Assembly: GCF_009914755.1 (NCBI RefSeq)
Contig: NC_060926.1
Length of the DNA: 64,000 bases
Strand: one strand, 5' to 3'
From: the human T2T-CHM13v2.0 reference genome, Homo sapiens
The notes beneath the pieces are model-generated. The model had not been told where the DNA came from, did not search any database, and was given only the letters and a program-made list of their open reading frames with translations. Below, piece by piece: positions 25,822 to 39,056 of the stretch. Numbering within the stretch: position 1 is the first letter of the stretch; every line of letters begins with the position of its first letter. Position numbers and translations under genes: made by a program.

Positions 25822-26180
25822 AGTGTGCAGAATGTCATTTGAAAGTGCTCTTGGGATCAATGTCTGAGGGGAAAGAGAAGGAAGCAGAACTATGGAGAGG
25901 GAGAAATGGGGTTGTAATGAAGACATAAGGCATTCACTGGGAGCTCTGGAGCTAGGACGGTCCGGTAGAGTTGTCTAGAGTTGGGCCTTTAAATTCTCCA
26001 AGAACTAGTCACTGGGCATGCGCTGTACTCTTGGATGAGGTAGTGCTCTAGGGTTGGGGAAATCCCGGAGAGGGCAGATGGCTGCAAGCTCTCAGCTGGC
26101 AGCATTCTTACCACTTGGAGAAATATGCACTTAAGTCCTGAAGGGCAGTCTGGGCAGTACAGACAGCAGAGTGTTTGCTG
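25822..26180 (-). mobile_element. LTR16C-type ERVL LTR
   Basis: gtgctcttgggatcaa...gggagctctggagctagg...gtcctgaagggcagtctgggc. Confidence 0.75.
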
Positions 26181-26474
26181 TTATTCAATATTGACAGTAA
26201 GGGAGTGGGAGCGGTGAAATGTAGCTTTAAATTTCTGGCTGAGGCATTTGGTGGATATTAATTCTATCCAGAGAGATAGGGGACATGGATGAAACTGTAA
26301 AGTTGGGTGAAGAAGGAACTGGCTCAGTTTAGGTCATGTGGAGTTTGATTCATACAGATGGAGATTCACACTGGCAGTTAAATTTGTAAAGCTTGATATA
26401 AGTATAAAGATTTGCACTGTGCGTATGTGTATGTGTGTGTGTGCATGCATGAATTTGTAAGTGTCATTTAGAAA

Positions 26475-26662
26475 AGGGCAGTTGCTCACATATGGAATAA
26501 TTTTGTATAAATTAGAAAAAGCCCTCCTCTAGGTAAATACTGGCCCTGGAGTACACATCCTGGCAAGCAGAACACAGACTGAATCTCTGCCAGCACTCTC
26601 TCTCTCTTGGCCTAGCACTTTCGGGCAGTGTACAGACTGCACAGCCTTACTCAGCGGCCATG
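26475..26662 (-). mobile_element. MER91A hAT-Tip100 MITE
   Basis: aattagaaaaagcc...gcagtgtacagactgcacag...cagcggccatg. Confidence 0.6.
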
Positions 26663-27050
26663 ACTTAAATGACAAGTGAAGTCATAGGAATGAAATACAT
26701 TGTCTAAAAAGATTAGTGAGGTGAGAAGGGATGTCTTCTGAAAGATGCCTAAGGAAAACCAATATTTAAGAAGTAAAAAAAAAAAGGTGTTGCCCACAAA
26801 AATATTTGGAAAGACCAGTTAGGGAGGTTGGGGAAAATGTGTTATTCATACTAAAATTTTAAAACCCTAATATTCAAGAAAGAGTTTGAACAGTGTCAAA
26901 AGCTGCAGAGAAGGCCAGTAAAATAAGACTGTGAGATATTCCCATTGAATTTATCAATGTGATGCTAATAAAAACTGATTAAATACATTAGCGCTAAAAC
27001 CCTTTTCATCACCATTTATTATTTGTGGATTAAGAATCCCTTAGGGACTT

Positions 27051-27372
27051 AACAGGCTAGCCTCAGAGTCATCAATATGAATATCACTTGTCAGGCACTG
27101 GCCATGTTGAAATGCACAGTCAAATAAAGATATATTAACATAGACTATGCAATTATCGGATGACTGAGTCTGAATAGTAGCTATCATTTATCTGGCTTTC
27201 TTTGTATGTTAGACACTCTACATAGCACCTTAATTAAACCTCGAAACCACCCTATGAGGTAGATATCATTATACTGATTTTACAGATGAGAAATATGAGA
27301 TTTCAGAGTTGTGAGTTACTTGTCAAAGATGCATAGTGATAAGTCGATGAATTAAGATTCTGCTCCACATCT
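27051..27372 (+). repeat. Copy 1 of a local ~320-bp duplication (unique DNA plus antisense MIR)
   Basis: About 90% identical to 29705-30019 by manual alignment. Confidence 0.95.
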
Positions 27373-28619
27373 GAATATTCCATGGCCCGTGTCTCTTCCT
27401 CTGTCATTGTGCCTGCAGAATCCTAAGATTGTGTTTAAAGCACACCTTACCCTATAACATTCAATTCCTGAATTCCTGAGTATCAAGCAGTACTAGCAAA
27501 TATCTGCAGGGGCTTTTTAATTTAATTTAATTTTTTAATTTTTTAAATTATATGGCCTCCTGCCATGGAAGTCTGAAGTGACCCCTGGCAGATGAATGCC
27601 ACATTCCCCATCAATCCAAATGCAATATAAACACAACTCAGGCTTGTTTTACAATGCAGACCCTGCCAGGCAGTCTAAGTAGTGGTGTTTATTTTCACAA
27701 CTGCAGTGATTATTGTCCTTAAATCAAGAATGTGTTATTGGTCTATATATCAAAGGTTGAATTTTAAATTACTGATCTACCAAGTTAGAAATCAAGAAGA
27801 ACAAACAGCACCTTAAAATGCTGTAAATTTTTCACTACAACCAAATTCTTCATGAACACTCAACCTTAACTTTTCTCTCCAACCTATTATCTGTACTAGG
27901 GACAGGTCCTAAATTTATTAATATGATGTATGGGGAGACTATTTAAGTCTCCAGCTCCTGTTATCCTGGAGAAAGATTCTAGCATTGACCTATCAGACAA
28001 TTACATGAGTAGATAAATGCCCTTTTATTCCTTAAACTAGTTCAAAACAGATAATTACTTTTTTCATTTTAAATGTGCATTCTTTTAAAAAGTCAGTTAT
28101 TCTTATGTCACTGACTATTGTATATTTCAATAGTATTTCATAGTTTAGAATTATGCTTCTATATGCAATTATTTGTTTTAATATTTACCATAACCTTAAC
28201 TATGTACTTTTCTTATATTTAAATTAAACATGGTTAGTCCCAAAAAACACAGAGAGTTCAATGAAGTAATATACCACAGTCACAGATTTCTTAAAGTTAT
28301 TTAAATAAATCTTTTCCTAGGAAGACTGAATATTAAAAACTATCTTCTTGTATAGAAAAGGGTATACAAGATGCTACATTTTATATAAGAAACGATAAAA
28401 TGTAAGTATAGTTATATGTATTTGATTATTTTGCAAAAGAAACACTGGAAAAAATAAGCCAGAAACCAATAAAAACCATTACTTTTATGAGCAAAGTGGT
28501 GATGGTAGTGGTGGTATGGGAAAAAAAAATGGATGGAGAGGTTAGGTTTGAAAAAAGGACATCTCAATGCATGCACCTTTTTGTATAATTTTTAGTTTTG
28601 AGTCACGTAAATGTTTTAA

Positions 28620-29300
28620 AATAAACATTTAATGATATAAATATCACTCTAAGAACTGCTTTAGCTGCATGCCACAAATTTTGATATGTTTTTAAATTTC
28701 ATTTATAATATTTAAAAATTTCCCTGTTAACTTCTTTTTGAACCTATGAATTATTTAGAATTGTCTTATTTAATTTCTAAATATTTTGGAATTTCCCAGC
28801 TATGTTTCTGTTTTTATTTCCAGTTTAATTTCATTGTGACTCAAGAAAATATATAGTCTCTATTCTTTTACACTTGTTGAATTGTTTTATGATTCAGATT
28901 AAGTCTTTCTTGGAGAAGATTCCATGCACGCTTGAGAAGAATGTATATTCTACTATTGTTGGATTGGAGTGTTCTATAAATATCAGTTAGGTCAAACTGA
29001 TTGATAGTTTGTCTATAACCTTACTTTATTTCTACTTGTTCTATAAATTATTGAGAGAGCAAGTTTGAACTCTAATTTTAGAGATCTGTACTTCTTTTTA
29101 AAATCAGTTTTTGAAGTTCAGCTATTAGAAGTATACACATTTAGGATTATGTCTTCTTGGAAAATTGACGCATTTGTGGCTATGTAATGAGTTTTTTATC
29201 TCTAATATTTCTTATTGTGGATTCTATGTTTTCTGAAATTAATAGAATTATACCAGCTTTCTTTTGATTAATATTTTCATGGCATATCTTTCTTCATTTG
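28620..29300 (-). mobile_element. L1M ORF2 5' fragment
   Basis: ctgctttagctgcatgccacaaattttgatatgt...cttgagaagaatgtatattct. Confidence 0.8.
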
Positions 29301-29574
29301 CAAAAGTTGTAGAGATAGGTGATTTAAAAATTAACAAGTTAGGCTATTGAAATATAAATCACTCTTGTAACTCTGGAATCATCTGAAGTTTTCAGAATTA
29401 AATTGATTAGGAATGTTTTTAAGTATGTGAGCTTTTAAGAAGACTGCCATCCTCCTGGGTGTATATAATGTAAATGAACATGGGATGACAGATAACATTG
29501 ATAAAATTGCCAGATTTGCTGGGACAGAGAAAGAGTGTCACAGAGAATGTACAGATATCTCATAAGCCTTCATT

Positions 29575-29700
29575 CAGAGAATCACTGTTCAGTCAGTGGT
29601 ATTTGAAATCTACTGTGTGCCAGGCACCATTCTAAATGATGCAGATACAGCAGTGAATAACACAAACACAAATTCCTTTCCTCACGGAACTAGCAGTACA
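29575..29700 (-). mobile_element. L2 3' end
   Basis: ctactgtgtgccaggcaccattcta...gatacagcagtgaataa. Confidence 0.75.
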
Positions 29701-29704
29701 TTCA

Positions 29705-30019
29705 AACAGGCTAGCCTCAGAGTAATCAGTAGAAATACCACTTGTCAGGCACTGACCATGTTGAAATGCAAAGTCCAATAAAGATATATTAACAGAGACT
29801 ATGCAATTATTGGATGATTGGGTCTGAACAGTAGCTATCATTTATCTGGTTTTCTCTGTATGTTAGACAGTCTACATAGCACCATAATTAAATCTCAAAA
29901 CCACCTATGAGGTAGCTATTATTATGCTGATTTCACAGATGAAAAATTTGAGATTTCAGAGTTGTTGAGTTACTTGTCAAAGATGGTAAGTGGATGAATT
30001 AAAATTCTGCTCCAAATCT
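29705..30019 (+). repeat. Copy 2 of the local duplication, flanked by a 13-bp direct repeat
   Basis: acattcaaacagg at 29698-29710 and 30036-30048. Confidence 0.95.
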
Positions 30020-30345
30020 CAGCACACCAAACACGACATTCAAACAGGAAGTCTAGCTATGTTGTGATGCAGGACTGGAGTCTTCACTCTTCTACTCTGT
30101 CTGGGTACCTGTTACCAGTCTTGATAGAGTCAATGGGGGCCATTCATAGGTAAGTGGATCCAATTAGGTTATTTAAATGGATTATTTGACTTGGAACATT
30201 TGGATGCAACACCGGGATTTTTAGAGTCCTGCTTTGGAAAAGAAACTACAGTTCACAAAAATGTAACTATATGCCATACAAACTGTTGGTATATGGTGGA
30301 ACTCTGATGTTAATTTTCAGTCCATCTTAGCTCAAGACCTTTAAG

Positions 30346-30458
30346 CTGCTCGGGTGATGGGCGCACCAAAATCTCACAAATCATCACTAAAGAACCTACT
30401 CATGTCACTGAACACCATATGTACCCCAATAACCTATGGAAAAATGATTTTTAATAAA
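30346..30458 (+). mobile_element. L1PB1-like 3'-end stub
   Basis: ctgctcgggtgatgggcgcaccaaaatctcacaaatcatcactaaagaac. Confidence 0.85.
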
Positions 30459-30782
30459 AGAATCTTGCTGTGTGTGACTGCTATAATCCAGCTAAGGTTT
30501 ATTTCTAGTGTCATCTGGTATTTGCTAATCTTCCTCATGCTGTTTTTGTTTTGCATCATTCTATATTAAGTTGTTTCCTGATTGCATGAGGGACATTATT
30601 ACTGATTTTTAAAAACTTTAATACTTCATCTGTAATAGCCCGAAGTTAATGTGTTAGATAAATGCTCCCTGTCAACTGTTTTTAAAGGAGGCTTTTATTC
30701 ACTCCAATGTGCTCTGAAAAGATGTCTTCTGCTAGTTACTTTTATTTTATAAATATTAGCTTTGTCTTTTACTGACTGTTTT

Positions 30783-31175
30783 CCTTTTTCTTTTTAACTT
30801 TTAAGTTCAGGGGTAAAAGTGTGGGTTTGTTACATAGGTAAACTTGTGTCTTGGGAATTGTACAGATTATTTCCTCACCCAGGTATTAAGCTTAGTGCCC
30901 ATTAGTTATTTTTCCTGATCCTCTCTCTCCTCCCACCATCCACCCTCTGAAAGGCCCCTGTGTGTGGAGTTCCCCTCTATGGGTTCATGTGTTCTCATCA
31001 TTTAGCTCCTATTTATAAGTGAGAACATGTAGTATTTGGTTTTCTGTTTCTGTGTTAGTTTGCTAAGGTTAGTGGCCTCCAGCTCCATCCATTTTCCTGC
31101 AAAGGACATGATCATGTTCTTTTTTATGGCTGCATAGTATTCTATGGTATAAATGTACCACATTTTCTTTATTCA
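30783..31175 (-). mobile_element. L1PA (PA13-like) 3' UTR, 5'-truncated
   Basis: ttgtacagattattt...cccattagttatttttcctgatcc; TSD-like tta(c/t)tgactg flanks. Confidence 0.88.
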
Positions 31176-31509
31176 TTATTGACTGCTCTTCACCCTACTG
31201 TCTCTTCTTAGTCTTTATTGCATATGTTTTCCTGTTTCCTCCTGATGACCTGTAAAAGTACTTACATCACATATGTTTTGGGTCTCATTGGGAGATAAAC
31301 TGGTTTTGGAATAGATTTGTGTATGCATATATGCATTAGTGTTTTTCCCCATGCTTTTCATTTGCTTGTAGTGGGCAAATATATTAATATTTATGGGAAA
31401 CAAAAGAGAGAAAAAACTCATTACAACCCCAGTCTCATCAAATTAAACTATTTTCACATTTCCATGTCCTCTTTCAGTCAGTGTTCTTTCTCCATGTCTA
31501 TATTATTCT

Positions 31510-31910
31510 ATCCTTCCATTATTTTATTGAGCACTAGCTCTGTGCTGGGCACCAGGGTGCCACAGCTGAACATACTTGGTCTTGCCTTGATGAGCTCAAA
31601 GTCTATTATGAGAGACAAATAGTTAAACAAGCAATTTAAATACATTGTGTGTCAGGATACCTAAAACAGTCTTGATTGGCTAGGCATGGCTTTCAATATG
31701 ATACAGTGTCTGTCTCAAGACCTGAAGGGGAAATAGACATTATTCCAGAAGAAGGGGTGAGAGAGGAGACCTCTATGGGGCTTAAATGACTCAGAATAAT
31801 TGGTTTTTAAAGTGTGTTTGTGGAGTCCAGATAAGGTGAAAGGAATGGTGCAGCACATAGTGAGAATGAAGCTCTCTAGGTAGGCCAGGTTTCTTGGGAG
31901 CATCTAAGAT
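31510..31910 (-). mobile_element. L2 fragment
   Basis: tttattgagcactagctctgtgctgggcac...gagctcaaagtcta. Confidence 0.7.
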
Positions 31911-31957
31911 TTCTTTCGCTAGTGTTTTGTTTTGGTTTTTCTTTCACTGTTTAATAA

Positions 31958-32088
31958 TTTTTTTAAATTATACTTTAAGTTCTGGGATATAGGTACGGAA
32001 TGTGCATGTTTGTTACATAGGTACATATGTGCCATGGTGGTTTGCTGCACTCATCAACCCATCGTCTACATTAGGTATTTCTCCTGAT
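31958..32088 (-). mobile_element. L1PA7/8-like 3'-end stub
   Basis: tatactttaagttctgggata...gccatggtggtttgctgcac. Confidence 0.85.
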
Positions 32089-32089
32089 G

Positions 32090-32480
32090 TGTTTTACACA
32101 TTATTCCTGAAGCTATTTCTAAGTATTTTAATTTTTGCAATCAACAGAAAAAACTGGGATTTTTTCTGACATTTTCTGTTTTGCTGTTTATATAAAAGGC
32201 TGCCAATTCCTCTATATTAATTTTGTATCTGGTCAATAACTGAATTATTTTGTTTGTAGTAGTTTTCAATTGATTCTCTCAGAGTTTTCAGATACCTAAT
32301 CATGATATCTGTAAATAAGAATAATTTTACCACCTCCTCTTCAATTTTTATATTTTTAATGTATTTATCTTGTCTGATCATGTTGGGTAAAACCCCTAGG
32401 ACAATGTTAAATAATAATGAACAAATTAAATAGTAGTAAACATCCCTTGTTTCTGACTTTCTGCCTTCTCTCTTCCACCC
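32090..32480 (-). mobile_element. L1M ORF2 fragment
   Basis: The minus-strand frame LLFNIVLGVL...IRQDK...VKLFLFTDIMI is a degenerate L1 RT motif (LFADDMI). Confidence 0.8.
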
Positions 32481-32689
32481 CACAATTTGAGTATATTATC
32501 ACCCCAGTGTTCACTTTTATACTGTTAGCTATACTTAGACTCCAATTGCTTGATTCTTGGCTTACATTCTATTTTTATATTTTTTCCTATTCATCTATTA
32601 GTTAAATTAAGCTAGTCATCTAGGATTTTCCTTGAGGACTAATGGAAATAATTATCTGATGTGTTTCATGTTTAAAAACAGTCGTGTGG

Positions 32690-32988
<299 letters not shown>

Positions 32989-33206
32989 ACATTTATATTT
33001 TGCTTTTATACTTGAATACAGTTTGGCTGGATATAACATTTTTATGTTGTACATCTTTTTCTTGAATATTTTAAATGTATTGCTTCTTCTAGTGATGAAT
33101 GATGACTAATATTTTAAAGAGAAACTGATCTATATCACTAAAGAGAGAGAGAAAGATAAAAGAACAAAAGAGCCATAAAAAACAGGCAATAAGTCTTCAA
33201 CATAGA

Positions 33207-33303
33207 CCCTACATGGTTATACAGGTTAGGACTTTACAATGCGTAACTAGACATATTTCCCTACATGGTTATACAGGTTAGGACTTTACAATGTGTAACT
33301 AGA
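33207..33303. repeat. Tandem duplication, 45-bp unit x2, 52-bp period
   Basis: ccctacatggttatacaggttaggactttacaatg(c/t)gtaactaga at 33207 and 33259. Confidence 0.95.
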
Positions 33304-33437
33304 GCCTCTTAAGAAGAAAACTCAAATGAATAAGCAGAACAGGTTTTTAAAATTACAGTTCAAAACATGTCAATGTCTAGAGATTTAAAAGATGTATAAG
33401 TTCAAGGAAAGACTGACTCAATAGTCAACACCAAGAA

Positions 33438-33568
33438 ATATATATACATACATATATATATGTATGTATATATATATACATACATATATATGTATGTATA
33501 TATACATACATATATATGTATATATATATACATACATACATATATGTATGTATATATATACTTATGTA
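33438..33568. repeat. Compound (TA)n/(TACA)n/(TATG)n microsatellite
   Basis: Direct reading. Confidence 0.95.
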
Positions 33569-33749
33569 TTTAAATTTATATTAAATTTTTCCTTCATTTA
33601 TGTTTTTCACTCCTCCTTCTTGATGCGTGCGGCTCATGTTTTATCTCTTTTTGTTGTATCATTATCTATTCCCCAATGTGTACTTTGTTTTGTACATTTT
33701 TAAAATAGCTTCATTAAATTTTCTCTTTTTTAAAATTTGTGAATATTGA

Positions 33750-34250
33750 TCAGTGTCTTTAACTACAGAAAATAATTTATACTAGATGATTAAAGCAAAA
33801 GGGGTTTGTTAAAGAGTATTTGGTAACTCACAAACTCTCCTAAGGAGCTAGTGAACTAGGCTTGAACACTACACATTGCCAGGGGCAATGCAGCTGGGAC
33901 AATGCCCAAACACATATCCCCAGTGTCCTAGCAGGAATGGTTTGCTGCTATCACCCATACTCAGCACCCAGGGCAATGAAGACTATGAACTAGAATCTCC
34001 ACTCCGGTGCCCCAGAACCAGTGCCCTCCATCCACGTGCTTGCCAGAAGACCAGTGCTCCATATGTGGATTCCACTGTTTCTTTTTTTTCCAAATCTCAG
34101 GTGGTGATTTTCCTCAGTGGATCTTTGTCATGGGCAAAACGTGAGCTACAAGTCTGAGAAATTATACTGTGTGGTTTCTTAGCCAGCTAGAAAAGCTAGA
34201 AGGGAATAAGAGTGAATACTGATTTAGCCAATTTATGATATCAGCCACAT
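33750..34250 (-). mobile_element. Old MaLR LTR (MLT1M/N-like)
   Basis: taaagcaaaaggggtttgttaaagagtatttggtaactcaca...atcagccaca. Confidence 0.5.
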
Positions 34251-34954
34251 TCTAATAAAATGTTTGATCACAATTTTTATCTCTGTGGCTATATTTTTCT
34301 GGTGGATGTTTTCTATATATCATGTGCTTTCTCTGTTTCTTTCATCTTTTTGTTGTTTTATTTATCTATAGCACTTATTATGGTTCCATATGTATCTTAA
34401 GCAGTTGACTCTTTACTGGACCAGCTACTTGGACAACCTGCTTATGGTGAAGAAACAGAGAAGTACTCCAGGTTAACCAAAATTTTCTTAGGGCCCACTG
34501 TTTGTGAGTTCTTTTAGCTTTTATTTCCTTCCACTCATTAGAGACAGGCATCTGTAGAACTGTTCAAAATGTAAAGTTCCTCTTTTACCTTGTGCCTCTT
34601 GTGTGATTTCTCATTTAGTTCTACCACCTGTTTCTTGATGAAGCAGCACCAGCAGCACTCCCGTTGCTGGATTTGCACCTGGGGACCAGGCTATGCATCC
34701 CAGCAAAGTGTCCTGTGATGGCTCTTTCCAAGATATGCTATCAAGGGTTTCACCTTTCTGCTTTCTCCCACAGCCCTGTTCAATACTCGATTGCTTTTGG
34801 CACAGTTTTGCCTATTTTGTTGTTATAACTATCTGCTATTTCCATTAAATATGTGCTTTATGGCTTTCTTTTCATTCTCCATTTTTGATTTTATGTGACG
34901 TATGGAAAGTAAGGGAAAAGGCTGATTTTACACCAACATTTTCCAAACCTACTC

Positions 34955-35987
34955 CCTTCCTAACACACTTTCTTCCCTCTCCTCTGTGTCTTCACTTGCT
35001 GCTGGCTGCTGCTTCTCAGTCACTTTTGATAGATTTTATGTATTTTTCTAAACTCTAACTGCTGTGATAGTCCCGGATTCAGTCCTTGGAATTTTTCTTC
35101 ATCTTTGTTCACATGGGGTTCTGGGGTTTGATATGTGCTGATAACTCCCAAATTTGCATCTGCTTTCTCAGCCTCTTCATTGAGCCCCCGATTCACACAC
35201 CCATCTACCTATTCAACATTGTCAATTATTTATCATGTCCAAAGGTAAGCTGAACCCTACCCAACTTAGAGCAATTTTACCTAGTTGCTCAGGCTCAACC
35301 TTAGAATCATCCTTGAATCCTCTATCTTTTTTTCCCCATTCCATGTCAATGCTATTAGCCAATTTTGTCAGTTCCAGCTTCAACATAGATCTGGAATTCT
35401 ACCACTTCTCACTGTTTCCACACATAAATGTAGTTTGTGTCAATCTAACATAATTTCTCCTTTGGCCACTATAATAATCTCCTCTGTGAGTTCCCTTTTT
35501 CCATTCTGCTCTGCTATGGTCTATTTTCCACACAGCAGGCAAAGCAATTCATTAACATACATCAAAATATATGATTTTTTTTGCTATAATGGCTTCCCAT
35601 CACATGTAGAAAATAAATCCAAGCCACTGGCCTCTAATGCCCTTCACAACCTGTCATCTCTTTCGTTGAGTCATATTCTGCTACTCTCTACAGCTCATGC
35701 TGGCCTCCTTGCTATTGCTTAAAGAACCACACGTATTCCTGTCTCAGGTCTTTTGCACTTGCTGTTCCTTCAGCCTGGAGCAGTTTTCTCCCAAGCATTA
35801 GCCTTGCTGTCTCCTCCACTTCCATCAATATCAAATTTATTATATTTATAGGGAACTTCTCTATCCATTCTGTATAAACATGTACCCTGATCAGGCTCTA
35901 ACCCTTAAATTACCTTGTTTTTTTTTTTTCTAGTGCCTGCCAAAAAGTTGGGTTTCAGTACAATATTGAAACAATAAATGAATAAAT
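34955..35987 (+). mobile_element. L2a 3' fragment
   Basis: gctgataactcccaaat, agttgctcagg, ttgcacttgctgttcct, aaatgaataaat end. Confidence 0.85.
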
Positions 35988-36219
35988 ATGCAGGCCTTGT
36001 GTTTCTTACCTATGAAATCTGATGATAGAGTGTTGTGCAGATCTTGGATTCTTTTTATCTTTATTTTAAAGAGTTGGCCACCTGGACCAAAAGCCTTTTT
36101 TGAATGCTAAGATATTTGGCTAAAAGTGTAGGACATTGGCAGTTGCCCTTTCATTTGGCATCTGTGAATGGCTGCACCAGAATTAGAACCCAGTGATTTA
36201 GTGGCGCTTACATGTTTAT

Positions 36220-36745
36220 CCACTGTTCCATCCTGCTGGCATCCTTGAAGCATCAACATCTCTTGCTTGGACTGTTTTAGTAGCATACCTTAACACCTTA
36301 TGTCCATCTGGCCTCCTGAATCCCATCCTACACCCTGATATAGTGATCTTTCTAACATGCAAATCTTGTCATGTTCACCTTATTCCTTAAAACCCCAATT
36401 TAGAACTCATCCCATCAAGAAGAGAATCCAACCATAGCGTAGAAAGCCTGAATTCCCATGACCTGGGTTTCACAATCTACCTCTCCTGCCAATCCCACTA
36501 CACCTTTGGGGTGTTGACAACCTTACCAAACTTGGTACGTTTTGCCATGCATGCATACACTTTCCCTCTCATTCTTTCTTCTCAGGGGACTCACATTTGA
36601 TGTTCCTTCTGACTCTTTCTTTCTTTCCATTTGTATCCCACCCACTCCTCCACTTATTATCTAAATCCCACCCTGCCTGGAAGACTTGGCTTAGACACTG
36701 TCCCTTCCAGGAAGCCTTCCCTGAATGTTCTTCTACTCCCACATA
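36220..36745 (+). mobile_element. L2 fragment
   Basis: atctcttgcttggact, gtgatctttctaacatgcaaatct, ccaggaagccttccctga. Confidence 0.65.
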
Positions 36746-36756
36746 CAGCACACATT

Positions 36757-36915
36757 GAAAGAGAGAAAGGGAGAGAGAGAAAGAGAGGGAAAAAACCACA
36801 ATAAACAAGAGAAAAATAGAGAATGGTAAGAGAAGAAAAGAGAGGAGGGAAAACTAGAAAGTAAAATGAAAAGTGGGAAAAGGAAACAGAATGAAGAAAA
36901 AAAGACAGGAAAAAC
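36757..36915. repeat. GA-rich low-complexity tract
   Basis: Direct reading. Confidence 0.75.
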
Positions 36916-37299
36916 TAAACATGGCTAATGTGGTCTCAGAGACTGCCCCTGGATTTTATACAGCTTGAGAAATGACTCATCTCTGAGCAAGGAACCTTTG
37001 TGCCTGTGATGTCTTCCTAGGTTGTGAGCTCCGTGGAGACTGTGCCTTCCTATTGACAACTCTACGGCAGCAGTGCTTGCACACACTCAGCTATGTTAAT
37101 ATTTCCTGACTGAAAGGATAAGTAAACTACCATCGGAGGGATCAGAGAGAGGAAAGCATGACTTCTTTTGGGGAAGAAGCAGGGGATGGTTGTGAAAGGG
37201 TTTTTAGAGGAAGGGGCATTTTAGCTGAGACTTGAAATATTTGCAGGAGTTTGCTAAGTGTGCATGAGGAACATTTTTGGATGGAAAGGAGGATGTAAT

Positions 37300-37560
37300 T
37301 ATGATAAATGTTAGCATTTTATAGCACTACCATGGTACAGGTACTCTCCAAAGTACTTTTTGATGAATTCTCTGATTAAATCCTTACAATAAACCAGGAA
37401 GATATGCTTCATTACAGTTAGCATTTTGCAGATTAAGGAACAGAGGCAAGGAGAGGTTCCCTAATGTGCTCAAGGTCACAGAGCTAGGAAGTGGTGATGG
37501 AGACTTCTAACCCTGATGGCTGCTCCAGGGCCACACTTTATTTCATGTCTCTGTTATGCC
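37300..37560 (-). mobile_element. MIR SINE
   Basis: cattttgcagattaaggaacagaggc...ctcaaggtcacagagctaggaagtgg. Confidence 0.8.
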
Positions 37561-38529
37561 TTTTCTGAGAGTGAAGCACTTTATGCAGAGTGCTGACCCA
37601 AAGGTGTGGTAGTGAATGGAAAGTTTGGGGTCTGTTGTTGAGGAAATCAGACTTCTAACCTTAAATTTATTTTTAGGCCAGTGTTATTTCTACTCCTCTA
37701 TGCTGCCTCCAGCATAGAAATAATATTTGGAAATTAATCAAAGGAAAGACCCAAGCCAATAACGATTATATGAGCAATGTGATTGATATTATTTACTCTA
37801 GCTAGATTAAAATGTTCCCTAGGGAAAAAAAAATCTACAAAGACAATATGAGCCATTATATAAAGATATGTAGAGCCACCCAGGTAGTAAAATTGATGTT
37901 ATAAATTATTTCTGCCTCTGTGGAGAGGGTAAGTCTCCTTGTCAATTTAGCAAGTTTAGAAAACAATGGAATTACAGGGCTCATCGTATCAGATAAAATT
38001 CACCTGTTTCCAGAACTTCATGCCCCTCCCAACACCCTTCCTAAGTGCTTTCCTTTCAGGGGCCGCCAAATCAAGCCTAAATTGGAGATCTTCAGAGAAA
38101 TGTGTGGTAAAGAGAAGTAAAGCTACTTTCTCTAACTCTTATAGAACCCTTGATGTTAAACAAAAACAAAACAAAACCACAAAACACTGGAGGAATCTGA
38201 CCTCAGTCACCAGCCTTTCCCTGGGATCATAACTGTCAAGTTCTTGAGGGGCCTGTGCACATTTATTTATCATTGTATAACCTGCTGCAACTCTCCCTGT
38301 ATCCTTCATCCTAGTGGTCCATTTACCTTCATTTCCTTCACCAATTACCAACCCACCATATGCAAGCCTTTATTTTTTCCACTGAGGCATAATCTCAACG
38401 ATTTCCCTAGGCCTCAGAATGCATATCTTATCTTCCTGCTCTGCCTCCCATGAGACGTGTGTTTGGAGATGCAGCACCAAGGTATCCATTCATTCACTGG
38501 GGCAAGGAAAAGGGCAAGGTCTTTCCAAG

Positions 38530-38685
38530 TGACAGACCTTGCTTCCAAGCCTGAATTTGCCCCAAACTTGTGCGGCCTTGGACAAGTTAACTCACTTCTC
38601 TGAGCCTCCGTTCTCCTATCTACAAAAAGGAGGTAGCAGTTTTTTCCACTTCTACATGATTATTATAAAGATTAGATGAGGCTTC
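38530..38685 (+). mobile_element. MIR SINE
   Basis: ccttggacaagttaactcacttctctgagcctc. Confidence 0.8.
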
Positions 38686-38690
38686 ATTGA

Positions 38691-39056
<366 letters not shown>

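Larger units (their letters stand above)
25170..26960 (-). mobile_element. L2 fragments (interrupted)
   Basis: tgctatggaagcacagag, tgagacttaaaggat, atccaggtgagggat, tcagtttaggtcatgtggagtttga motifs. Confidence 0.7.

Noticed and set aside
33207-33303. Repeat-spacer-repeat pattern resembling CRISPR
   Set aside because: Only two units, 7-nt spacer, mammalian context, no cas genes.
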